NCBI GenBank assembly: GCA_045119135.1 | Contig: JBGVCY010000130.1 | Location: forward strand, 1 to 38,919 | DNA from: Eubacteriales bacterium | GTDB lineage: Bacteria > Bacillota > Clostridia > Oscillospirales > CAG-272 | Direction: 5' to 3' | Length of the DNA stretch: 38,919 nt | Shown: piece by piece, positions 19,206-26,663 of the stretch | How the letters are laid out: each line of letters opens with the position of its first letter | How positions within the stretch are numbered: position 1 is the stretch's first letter | Notes under the pieces: model-generated | Database searches by the model: none | Told to the model about the DNA's origin: nothing | The model's input: only the letters and a program-made list of their open reading frames with translations | Translations under genes and position numbers: made by a program

Positions 19206-20018
19206 ATGAAAAAGACACTTTCGCTTCTGTTGGCAATCACGCTTTGCCTATCGCTGTCGGTGCTCTTTACCGCCTGCGGACACGAGCACGCATACGCCAC
19301 CGACTGGTCAAAGGACGATACCCACCACTGGCACGCCTGCACGGGCAAGGATTGCACCGAGATTGCCGACAAGGCGGAGCACGAATGGGATACGGGCGTT
19401 GTGACAACGCTTGCCACCTACGCCGCCGACGGCACCAAGACCTTTACCTGCACCACCTGCGCCGCCACCAAGACCGAGCCTTACGCGGTGGATACCACCG
19501 TGACCCAGGCAGAGTGGGATGCCGCGCTGGCGTTTACCGACAACTTTACGATGACGCTGACGCTGACCAGTCCTGCAGATCCCAACCAGGCTCCCTTTGT
19601 TTACCTTCTGACCCGAAACGGCGACACCTTCTGTCAGGTGACGGACGGTGATAACGGCGATTATTGGACGGTTAAGAACGGCGTTTGCTATGCCTACAGC
19701 CAGGTATCGGGCGGACACAAAGAAACCGTTATGACACAGCAGACCCCCGAGACCCTGACTGCCTATTGCACATCGCGCCTGCTGACCTCGTCCTTCCGCA
19801 ATTATTACCCCTTCCTTGCTTATGACGAGGAAAGCCGCACCTACCGCACCGACGAGCTGACCTACACCTCTTTGACCGACATTGCCGTGGCGTTTGAGGA
19901 TGGCAAGCTTGTCTGGCACACCTACACCGAATCAGACCTCGGGGTGGTTGCCACGGTAACCGTCACCTACGGCACCGCGGGCGAAATCACCCTGCCCACC
20001 AACATCGTTACCCCTTAA
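19206..20018 (+). CDS. Putative lipoprotein, function unknown
   Basis: 270-aa ORF with signal peptide MKKTLSLLLAITLCLSLSVLFTAC (lipobox-like FTAC). AAGGAG RBS at 19193-19198. No terminator between pyrB and this gene. Confidence 0.7.
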   Translation: MKKTLSLLLAITLCLSLSVLFTACGHEHAYATDWSKDDTHHWHACTGKDCTEIADKAEHEWDTGVVTTLATYAADGTKTFTCTTCAATKTEPYAVDTTVTQAEWDAALAFTDNFTMTLTLTSPADPNQAPFVYLLTRNGDTFCQVTDGDNGDYWTVKNGVCYAYSQVSGGHKETVMTQQTPETLTAYCTSRLLTSSFRNYYPFLAYDEESRTYRTDELTYTSLTDIAVAFEDGKLVWHTYTESDLGVVATVTVTYGTAGEITLPTNIVTP

Positions 20019-20022
20019 GTGC

Positions 20023-20063
20023 AAAAAAAGAACAGCCCCCCGCGGGGCTGTTCTTTTGTTTTT
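20023..20063. terminator. Bidirectional intrinsic terminator between convergent genes
   Basis: 14-bp stem: AAAAGAACAGCCCC (20026-20039) pairs with GGGGCTGTTCTTTT (20044-20057). An A-run lies on the left and a T-rich run on the right. It sits between the + strand lipoprotein gene and the - strand SPFH gene. Confidence 0.85.
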
Positions 20064-20065
20064 GT

Positions 20066-20998
20066 TTATTCCTTTTCGGTCTTTGCCACCTCGGAAAGGG
20101 TGGAGGCAAGACCCGCAAGCGACTGAATCTCAGAGGGGATGATCAGCTTGGTCGCCTTGCCGTCGGCAACCTTCACCAGCGCCTCGAAGCTGCGCAGGGT
20201 CAATACTTCCTTCGTGGGCGATGCTTCATTCAGCATCCGCAGACCCGTGGCAGTTGCCTCGTGCACCTTGAGGATCGCCTCTGCCTCACCCTCTGCCTCG
20301 CGGATACGTGCCTCACGCACCGCCTCGGCGCGCAGGATCGCGGCTTGCTTTTCTGCCTCGGCATCGAGAATGGCGGATTGCTTGCGACCCTCTGCCACCA
20401 GAATGGCAGAGTTCTTTTCGCCCTCGGCACGCAGGATCGCCTCACGGCGCTCACGCTCTGCCTTCATCTGCTTCTCCATCGCATCCTGAATCTCGCGGGG
20501 CGGGATGATGTTCTTCAGCTCGACGCGGTTGACCTTAATGCCCCAGGCATCGGTCGCCTGGTCCAGAATGGCGCGCATCTTGGTGTTGATGGTATCGCGC
20601 GAGGTCAGGGTCGCATCCAGATCCAATTCACCGATCATATTACGAAGGGTGGTGGCGGTCAGGTTTTCGATGGCGAAAATGGGGTTGGTAACGCCGTAGG
20701 CATACAGCTTGCAGTCGGTGATCTGATAATAGACCACGGTATCGATCTGCATACGGACGTTATCCTTGGTGATCACCGATTGGGGCGGAAAGTCAACGAC
20801 CTGCTCCATCAGGGTCACCTTTTTATTGATACGGTCAATGAACGGAATTTTGACGTGGACACCGTTGTTCCACGTGGTGTGGTAAGAGCCAAGACGCTCC
20901 AACACATAAGCGTGCGCCTGCGGTACGATCTGGATATTGGCGATCGCAATGATCAGCAGCACAACAAGAACGATAATAACGGCAATGATTGCTCCCAT
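20066..20998 (-). CDS. SPFH/band-7 (stomatin/prohibitin-like) membrane protein
   Basis: 310 aa with an N-terminal TM helix (GAIIAVIIVLVVLLIIAIA), an SPFH core and an Ala/Glu/Arg-rich coiled-coil tail. ATG 20998 with a GGAGAG RBS. The longer track ORF (to 21112) runs into nfeD. Confidence 0.85.
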   Translation of the reverse strand: MGAIIAVIIVLVVLLIIAIANIQIVPQAHAYVLERLGSYHTTWNNGVHVKIPFIDRINKKVTLMEQVVDFPPQSVITKDNVRMQIDTVVYYQITDCKLYAYGVTNPIFAIENLTATTLRNMIGELDLDATLTSRDTINTKMRAILDQATDAWGIKVNRVELKNIIPPREIQDAMEKQMKAERERREAILRAEGEKNSAILVAEGRKQSAILDAEAEKQAAILRAEAVREARIREAEGEAEAILKVHEATATGLRMLNEASPTKEVLTLRSFEALVKVADGKATKLIIPSEIQSLAGLASTLSEVAKTEKE

Positions 20999-21015
20999 TT
21001 TTTCTCTCCTTTTTA

Positions 21016-21432
21016 TTATTTTACAATTAATTTTACGCCGTTGATCTCGACAACGGTCACCTCGGTACCGACGGGAATCACGCGCCCATCCTCGGCACGC
21101 GCCGACCAGCAAAGACCGCCGACCTTAACCTCACCCTGCTCGGTGATGTTATTGATCTCCTCGGTCACAAGGCAGGTTTTTCCCACCAGCGCCTCGGCGT
21201 TGGTTTTTTCCTTTTTGCCCTTCATCAAACGGCGGCACAGCGGGCGGGTGGCGATCACCAGCGCGGCGCCGATCAGTAAAAAGACAAGCACCTGCACAAT
21301 GGGCGGCACAGGGAAAAAGGCAAGGATCAGCGAGACCAGCGCGGCGGGAAAGAACCAGATCGCCACGAAATCGGCGGTCAGCGCCTCGATGATCACCGCG
21401 GCGATCAGCACCGCGATCCATAAGACTTGCAT
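21016..21432 (-). CDS. NfeD-family membrane protein (short form with C-terminal OB-fold)
   Basis: 138 aa with N-terminal hydrophobic helices and a C-terminal GKTCLV...GEVKVGG..WSAR...V.VVEINGVKLIV beta-domain. The classic nfeD-SPFH pair, 17 nt apart. AGGAGGA RBS present. Confidence 0.8.
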   Translation of the reverse strand: MQVLWIAVLIAAVIIEALTADFVAIWFFPAALVSLILAFFPVPPIVQVLVFLLIGAALVIATRPLCRRLMKGKKEKTNAEALVGKTCLVTEEINNITEQGEVKVGGLCWSARAEDGRVIPVGTEVTVVEINGVKLIVK

Positions 21433-21452
21433 ACAACATCCTCCTTTGGCTT

Positions 21453-21478
21453 CACGGAAAATGATATCCTTTTCCGTG
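21453..21478 (-). promoter_or_regulatory. 5'-proximal stem-loop in the nfeD leader
   Basis: CACGGAAAA (21453-21461) pairs with TTTTCCGTG (21470-21478): 9-bp stem, 8-nt loop. It begins at about the predicted transcription start and ends ~10 nt before the RBS. Confidence 0.45.
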
Positions 21479-21485
21479 TGCTTTT

Positions 21486-21515
21486 ATTATAGCATTTCCA
21501 AAAAAGAACTGTCAA
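21486..21515 (-). promoter_or_regulatory. Promoter of the nfeD-SPFH operon
   Basis: Read on the minus strand: TTGACA (21515-21510), 18-nt spacer, extended -10 TGCTATAAT (21494-21486). Confidence 0.65.
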
Positions 21516-21636
21516 GCGTCAAATGGGACTCCCTCACGCGCTGGCGGGCGGTCTTGGTCGATTTTGGGGCTGCCACTGCCTTTTTTGATTGATTTTAGTG
21601 CCCACAAGAGCTCGCACCCCGCCGAGAACACCCTTA

Positions 21637-21754
21637 GCCTTCCCCTTGAGGGGAAGGTGCCGAGCGAATGCGAGGCGGATGAGGTGTCGTAAGCACCGAT
21701 TGTTTTCCACCTCATCAGTCGCCTGCTGCGACAGCTTCCCCTCAAGGGGAAGCC
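21637..21754. repeat. Composite imperfect inverted repeat built from two GGGGAAG hairpin units
   Basis: Left unit: CTTCCCC-TTGA-GGGGAAG (21639-21656) ... GATGAGGTG (21678-21686). Right unit: CACCTCATC (21708-21716) ... CTTCCCC-TCAA-GGGGAAG (21735-21752). A 21-nt spacer separates them. Non-coding, between the ATPase stop and the nfeD promoter. Confidence 0.8.
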
Positions 21755-21807
21755 TTTGGATAGGTGTCCCGCCGATCCCTACGCGACGTCTGTGCCGTGA
21801 AAGACTT

Positions 21808-24453
21808 TCAATACAGCCCCTGCTTGCCCGAAAGGCGGCGCCACAGCGTTTGCAAAAGACCCAGCGGCAGCACGCACGCGGCAAGCGCCAGCGCGATCCA
21901 CAATTCACGGAGCGTAAGGGGGACGGTCCGCAGCACCGCGCCGCCGAGATACACAAAGGCGATCTGCACCGCCGCCACGGCGGTCATAATGAATAGGAAC
22001 GCGCGGTTGCGCGAAAGCCCCGTCAGCATTGCCACGCGGTCACTGCGGGCATTGAAGCAGTTAAAGACCCCCGCAAAGATAAACAGGGCGAAAAACGCGG
22101 TCAGCAGGCACACGTCCCCCTCGCTCTCGCGAAAGCACGCCACCACGGCGGGTGCCTTGAGAAAGATCACCGAAAGCGCAAGCGTTGCTGACGACAGAAA
22201 GGCGATGCGCGCGGCGATCCCCCGCGTTAAGATCGGCTCGTCGCGCCGCTTGGGCGGCTCCTTTAAGTAAAACGGCATCGGTGCCTCGCCCGCAAAGGCA
22301 AGCCCCCCTAAGGTATCCATAATCAGATTGATCCACAGCATCTGCACCACCGTGACAGGGGTCTCGAAGCCGATGAAGGGACCGATCATCGAGATGCCGA
22401 CCGCCGAGAAATTCATAATTAATTGTAAGGTAATGAATTTGCGGATGCTTTTGAATACGGTGCGCCCGTACAGCACGGCGCGCACGATCGAGGAGAGGTT
22501 GTCATCTAAGATCACGATGTCTCCCGCTTCCATTGCCACCTGTGTGCCGCTGCCCATCGCAAAGCCCACGTCCGCCGCCTTCAGGGCGGGGGCATCGTTG
22601 ATGCCATCCCCCGTCATACCCACCACCAAGCCGCAGTCGGCGGCAAGCCGCACCAGGCGGCTTTTATCGCGGGGCAGCGCCCTTGCCACCACCGCAAGGC
22701 GGGGCAGGAGCGCCGTGACCTCGTCATCCGAAAGCGCCGCCAGCTCGCCCCCGTCCAGCACCGCACGATCCCCCCACAGAATACCGCTGGCGGCGGCGAT
22801 CTCAGCCGCCGTTTCACGGGCATCGCCCGTGATCATCACCACCTGCACTCCCGCGCCCTGCAGGGTGCGCACCGCCTCGCGTGCCTCGGGGCGCACGGGG
22901 TCGGTAAAGCACAGCGCCGCAACAAGGCAAAGATGCGGGCGCGCGCCCTCATTTGGCATTGCATCGGCAGACGACACAAGGATCACACGCTCGCCCCGCT
23001 TCGTGCGCTCACGGATGCGCGCCATCAGCGCGGGGCGCTGAAGCGCGCGTTTCTTGCCATCGGCATCCAGCGCGCCATCGATCATCGGCAGCAATCGCTC
23101 GGGCGCGCCGCTGATGAACACCTCGCCCGCCGCCGTTTTCACGGCGGCGTATTTGCGCGCGCTGTCAAAGGGCAGGCGCTCGCAAACCGTGACATCGGGG
23201 TCGGGAAAGGCGAGAAATGCCGCGCGGATCGCGCGGTCGGTGGCGTTGCCGCCCAGCGCCGCGGGCACGCCGTCCTTCTCTCCCCGCACGGCGGCAGAGC
23301 CCACCACAGCGGCGGTATGTAACGCCCCAAACAGGTCAGGCGCACGCGCGCGGAGCGCTGAGACCGAGGGGTAGTCACCCGCAAGCGTGAGAATGCCCGA
23401 CAGCGACAGCACGCCCCGCGTCAGAGTCCCGGTCTTATCGGTAAACAGAATGTTCATACTGCCCGCCGCCTCAAGCCCTGCGGGCTTGCGCACCAGCACG
23501 TGATCGCGCACCATGCGGCGGATATTCGAGGATAGCACCACCGCGATCATCATCGGCAATCCCTCGGGCACGGCAACCACCACAACGGTCAGCGCCAGGG
23601 TCAGTGCCTCCAGCAGGGTGGCGGCAAGAAAGGGCAGGTCACGCAGGCGCAGCAGCACCTCACCGCGGGCAAGACCCGACACGCTTGGCACCAGCGCGTG
23701 AAACACATAGACCAGCGCACAGATCACCGCCATCGCATAGCCCACACGGCTGATCTGGCGCGCAAGACGTGACAGGCGCTCCTTTAAGGGGCTGGTACGC
23801 CCGTCGCCCTGCAATTCGCCCGAAATGCCGCCAAGATAGGTGGCATCGCCCACACGGGTCACGCGCATCTCCCCCCCGCCCGAAAGCACGGTACAGCCCG
23901 CAAACAGCGCTCCCGCCGAATCGGGGGTTTGACGATCCCCCGTGCGAAAGGGGCGCTTGAGCGCCTCGCGGCTCTCGCCCGTTAAGGGCGACTGATCCAC
24001 GCCAAGATCGCCCGACAGCAGCACACCGTCGGCGGGGATGCGCTCGCCCGCGCCCAGCAACAGGAGATCCCCCACCACCACCTCGGTCACGGGAATTTCC
24101 TTCACCGTGCCCCGCCGCACGCGGCAAAGGGCGGTGCCGCACCCCGAAAGCAGACGGGAAAACGCCACCTCACTGCCGTATTCCGACACCGTGGAAATAA
24201 AGGTTGCCAGCAGGATCGACACCGCAATGCCGACGGTTTCGACCCAATCGGCGCGGCGGAACAGCATCAACAGATGCAGCACCAGCGCGATCAGCAGCAC
24301 CTTGATCACAGGGTCGCCAAGGTTACCGAAAAACGCGCGCCAGAAGCCGCGCTTTTTGCGCTCGCTGAACACATTCGCGCCGTGCGCGCGCCGCGCGGCA
24401 TCTACCTCATTTTCCGAAAGCCCGCGGTATCGCCCGCTTTTTTCTTCTGTCAT
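21808..24453 (-). CDS. P-type cation-transporting ATPase (type II, Ca2+-ATPase-like)
   Basis: Motifs PLTGES, VPEGLP (TM4), DKTGTLT, MITGD and GDGINDAPALKAADVG. The start is ambiguous: ATG 24453 (MTEEK, 6 nt after a G6 Shine-Dalgarno-like run) or ATG 24459. The track start at 24495 is a TTG without an RBS. Confidence 0.88.
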   Translation of the reverse strand: MTEEKSGRYRGLSENEVDAARRAHGANVFSERKKRGFWRAFFGNLGDPVIKVLLIALVLHLLMLFRRADWVETVGIAVSILLATFISTVSEYGSEVAFSRLLSGCGTALCRVRRGTVKEIPVTEVVVGDLLLLGAGERIPADGVLLSGDLGVDQSPLTGESREALKRPFRTGDRQTPDSAGALFAGCTVLSGGGEMRVTRVGDATYLGGISGELQGDGRTSPLKERLSRLARQISRVGYAMAVICALVYVFHALVPSVSGLARGEVLLRLRDLPFLAATLLEALTLALTVVVVAVPEGLPMMIAVVLSSNIRRMVRDHVLVRKPAGLEAAGSMNILFTDKTGTLTRGVLSLSGILTLAGDYPSVSALRARAPDLFGALHTAAVVGSAAVRGEKDGVPAALGGNATDRAIRAAFLAFPDPDVTVCERLPFDSARKYAAVKTAAGEVFISGAPERLLPMIDGALDADGKKRALQRPALMARIRERTKRGERVILVSSADAMPNEGARPHLCLVAALCFTDPVRPEAREAVRTLQGAGVQVVMITGDARETAAEIAAASGILWGDRAVLDGGELAALSDDEVTALLPRLAVVARALPRDKSRLVRLAADCGLVVGMTGDGINDAPALKAADVGFAMGSGTQVAMEAGDIVILDDNLSSIVRAVLYGRTVFKSIRKFITLQLIMNFSAVGISMIGPFIGFETPVTVVQMLWINLIMDTLGGLAFAGEAPMPFYLKEPPKRRDEPILTRGIAARIAFLSSATLALSVIFLKAPAVVACFRESEGDVCLLTAFFALFIFAGVFNCFNARSDRVAMLTGLSRNRAFLFIMTAVAAVQIAFVYLGGAVLRTVPLTLRELWIALALAACVLPLGLLQTLWRRLSGKQGLY

Positions 24454-24572
24454 TTTCATCCCCCCAAACAGTTTTCCATCTATCTTATGCGGCAATCACA
24501 CGGGGAAATGCAACCGCAGAATGGAAAGTGTAAAATGTAAAAAAAGTGTTAACATTTGCATCTTTTTCGAAG

Positions 24573-24755
24573 TTTTCCACATCTATCGATTGCTTTAATA
24601 TGTTATTTATGTTATAATAATTTTAATTACACGCGCCCGCGCGCGCAACGCGTGTGGAAAACCTCTCACGCACGGCGCGCCGCCTTCCCCTTTTTTCTTT
24701 TGCTCCGTACGCATCGGAGACAAAAATCTTCCCCACAGTTGACGACTTTTCCACC
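24573..24755. other. oriC, left (dnaA-upstream) DnaA-box cluster with AT-rich core
   Basis: Perfect TTTTCCACA at 24573-24581 (+) and TGTGGAAAA at 24653-24661 (-) flank a 47-nt stretch (24584-24630) that is about 15% G+C by my count. Weaker boxes: TTCCCCACA at 24729-24737 and TTTTCCACC at 24747-24755. Confidence 0.7.
24590..24618 (+). promoter_or_regulatory. Candidate dnaA promoter inside the AT-rich stretch
   Basis: TTGCTT (24590-24595), 17-nt spacer, extended -10 TGTTATAAT (24610-24618). This would give a ~190-nt leader containing DnaA boxes, compatible with autoregulation. Confidence 0.45.
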
Positions 24756-24813
24756 GTCGCCGTGTTACAATGCGTACACCGCAAAAACTACGAAAGGACG
24801 GATCAATCACTTT

Positions 24814-26172
24814 ATGGCATTGCCCAACGAAATCAAACAAATCTGGGAGATCGTGCAGGAATCCTTCCGCGCCGAGTGCTCAAGCACCGCCTTTGACCTC
24901 TGGTACGGCAGCATCACCCCCGACGATTACGATCCCACCGCAAACGAATTGGTATTCCCCGTGGAATCCGAATTCAAGTACAAAACCCTTTCCGAGCGTT
25001 ATCGCCCCATCATCGAGGCGCGCTTTTCCTCGGTGGCGGGTATGGATATCAAGGTCACCTTCAAGCTGACGGGTAAAACCGTCAAGCCCGAGGATATCCT
25101 GCGCCCCATCACGCGTACCGAGGTACGCTCGCCCATTGAGGATGGCGCCGAAATGGCACAGCGCTCGAAATACACCTTTGAAACCTTTATCGAGGGAGAA
25201 AGCAACCGCTTTGCACGCGCCGTGTGCTTCCAGGTTGCCAACAACCCCTATACGGTCTATAACCCCTTGTTTATCTACGGCCCCTCGGGCGTGGGCAAGA
25301 CCCATCTGATGTTCGCCGTCATCAACGAGATGCGACGCGTCAGCCCCGATACCAAGGTCTTTTACACCAAGGGTGACGACTTCATCAATTACATGGTCGA
25401 GTGTCTGAAGAACAACGATATGGCATCCTTCCGCGACCGTTACCGCAAGTGTGACGTGCTGCTGGTGGACGACATTCAGTTTATCGCAGGCAAGGAATCG
25501 ACCCAGAACGAATTATTCCATACCTTCCAAGCCCTGTTTGATGAAGGAAAGCAGATCATCCTTGCCTCTGACCGCCCCCCGCGCGACATCAACCCGCTGG
25601 AGGAGCGCTTGCGCTCCCGCTTCGAGCAGGGTCTGCTTGCCGACATCAATCCCCCCGATCTTGACCTGCGCGTTGCCATCATCAAGCGCCGCACCGAGGA
25701 GATCAAGGCAGATATCCCCAACGAGGTGCTGTATTTCCTTGCCGAAAATCTGCGCTCAAACATCCGCCAGATTGAGGGTGCCATCAATAAATTGGTCGCC
25801 AAAAGCCTGGTCGACGGCAGACAGATCTCAATGGAATTGGCGCGCGACTGCATCAGCGACCTTCTGGGTGACGCCGAGCCGCTTGAGGTGACCATTGACA
25901 AGATCTTTGCCGTGATGTATCAGAAATACGGCATCGCCAAGGACGAGCTGACGGGACAGAAGCGCAACCGCGAGATCGTGCAGGCACGCCACGTGGCGAT
26001 TTTCCTCATCCGCGAGGTCACGGAAATTTCGCTCAAGCGCGTGGGCAAGATCTTCGGGCGTGATCACACCACCGCGATGGCTTCGATCGACATTGTGAAA
26101 AAGCGCCTGATCGCCGACCCCATCTTTGCCGCCGATTACGAAGCGATGAAGAAGGAGATCCTTGGCCGCTGA
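24814..26172 (+). CDS. dnaA: Chromosomal replication initiator protein DnaA
   Basis: 452 aa. N-terminus (IKQIWEIVQESF...FDLWYGSI) resembles DnaA domain I. Walker A GPSGVGKTHL, LLVDDIQF, and a C-terminal DNA-binding region (ARHVAIFLIRE...IGKIFGRDHTT). The track ORF from 24556 adds 86 implausible residues that read through the DnaA boxes. Confidence 0.93.
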   Translation: MALPNEIKQIWEIVQESFRAECSSTAFDLWYGSITPDDYDPTANELVFPVESEFKYKTLSERYRPIIEARFSSVAGMDIKVTFKLTGKTVKPEDILRPITRTEVRSPIEDGAEMAQRSKYTFETFIEGESNRFARAVCFQVANNPYTVYNPLFIYGPSGVGKTHLMFAVINEMRRVSPDTKVFYTKGDDFINYMVECLKNNDMASFRDRYRKCDVLLVDDIQFIAGKESTQNELFHTFQALFDEGKQIILASDRPPRDINPLEERLRSRFEQGLLADINPPDLDLRVAIIKRRTEEIKADIPNEVLYFLAENLRSNIRQIEGAINKLVAKSLVDGRQISMELARDCISDLLGDAEPLEVTIDKIFAVMYQKYGIAKDELTGQKRNREIVQARHVAIFLIREVTEISLKRVGKIFGRDHTTAMASIDIVKKRLIADPIFAADYEAMKKEILGR

Positions 26173-26183
26173 TCTTCCACCGC

Positions 26184-26612
26184 TTTTCCACAGCACATTC
26201 CGCTTTCCCCCGCGCGGCTGTGAAAAAGTGTGCGAAAACCGATGGAAAGCAAGGCACTGCTGTCTTGTGGAAATTGTGTAAAGCAAGAAACATAATTCCT
26301 TTTGCGGTCTTGCCGCGCACAGTTCCCCGCTTTTCCACAAAAGGGTCTCCTGTGTAAAACTGCTCAAATCTTCCACTTTTGTCGAAAATGTTGCCTTTGT
26401 GGAAAGAAATCATCTCATTTTTGTGAAAATTTCGGGTTGTGTGGAAAAAACCCACAACATTTTCCCCATTTTACCTATTGGCTTTTACACCGTTTTTGAA
26501 AGCATCGCATCCCCCAAAATCCCCGTGTCATCGGGCTTGCGGCGTTTTCCACATTTTCCCCAGCCCTTAATACAACTACTACGAGATTTTTATATCATTC
26601 ATCTCTTTTTCA
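26184..26612. other. oriC, right (dnaA-dnaN) DnaA-box cluster with candidate unwinding element
   Basis: Perfect boxes at 26184-26192 (+), 26331-26339 (+), 26440-26448 (-) and 26545-26553 (+). One-mismatch boxes at 26266-26274 (-), 26351-26359 (-), 26398-26406 (-), 26460-26468 (+) and 26554-26562 (+). An AT-rich 26567-26611 (about a quarter G+C) follows the tandem boxes. Confidence 0.8.
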
Positions 26613-26663
26613 CCGCGCTGCGCGCGATGGCGCTTTGCGCCGCAAAAAGAGAAAGGAGTTTTT

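Noticed and set aside
20999-21112. Longer start for the SPFH gene (track ORF to 21112)
   Set aside because: The extension overlaps the nfeD coding region in another frame. ATG 20998 has a GGAGAG RBS and gives the usual short cytoplasmic N-terminus plus TM helix.
21512-21956. 77-aa and 140-aa minus-strand ORFs and a 135-aa + strand ORF in the ATPase-nfeD spacer
   Set aside because: They are translations of the inverted-repeat element (the PLEGK...DEV artefact) with no RBS. One overlaps the ATPase 3' end.
24556-24813. 86-codon N-terminal extension of dnaA in the ORF track
   Set aside because: The extension reads through the AT-rich stretch, DnaA boxes and promoter-like sequence. The canonical DnaA N-terminus begins at ATG 24814.
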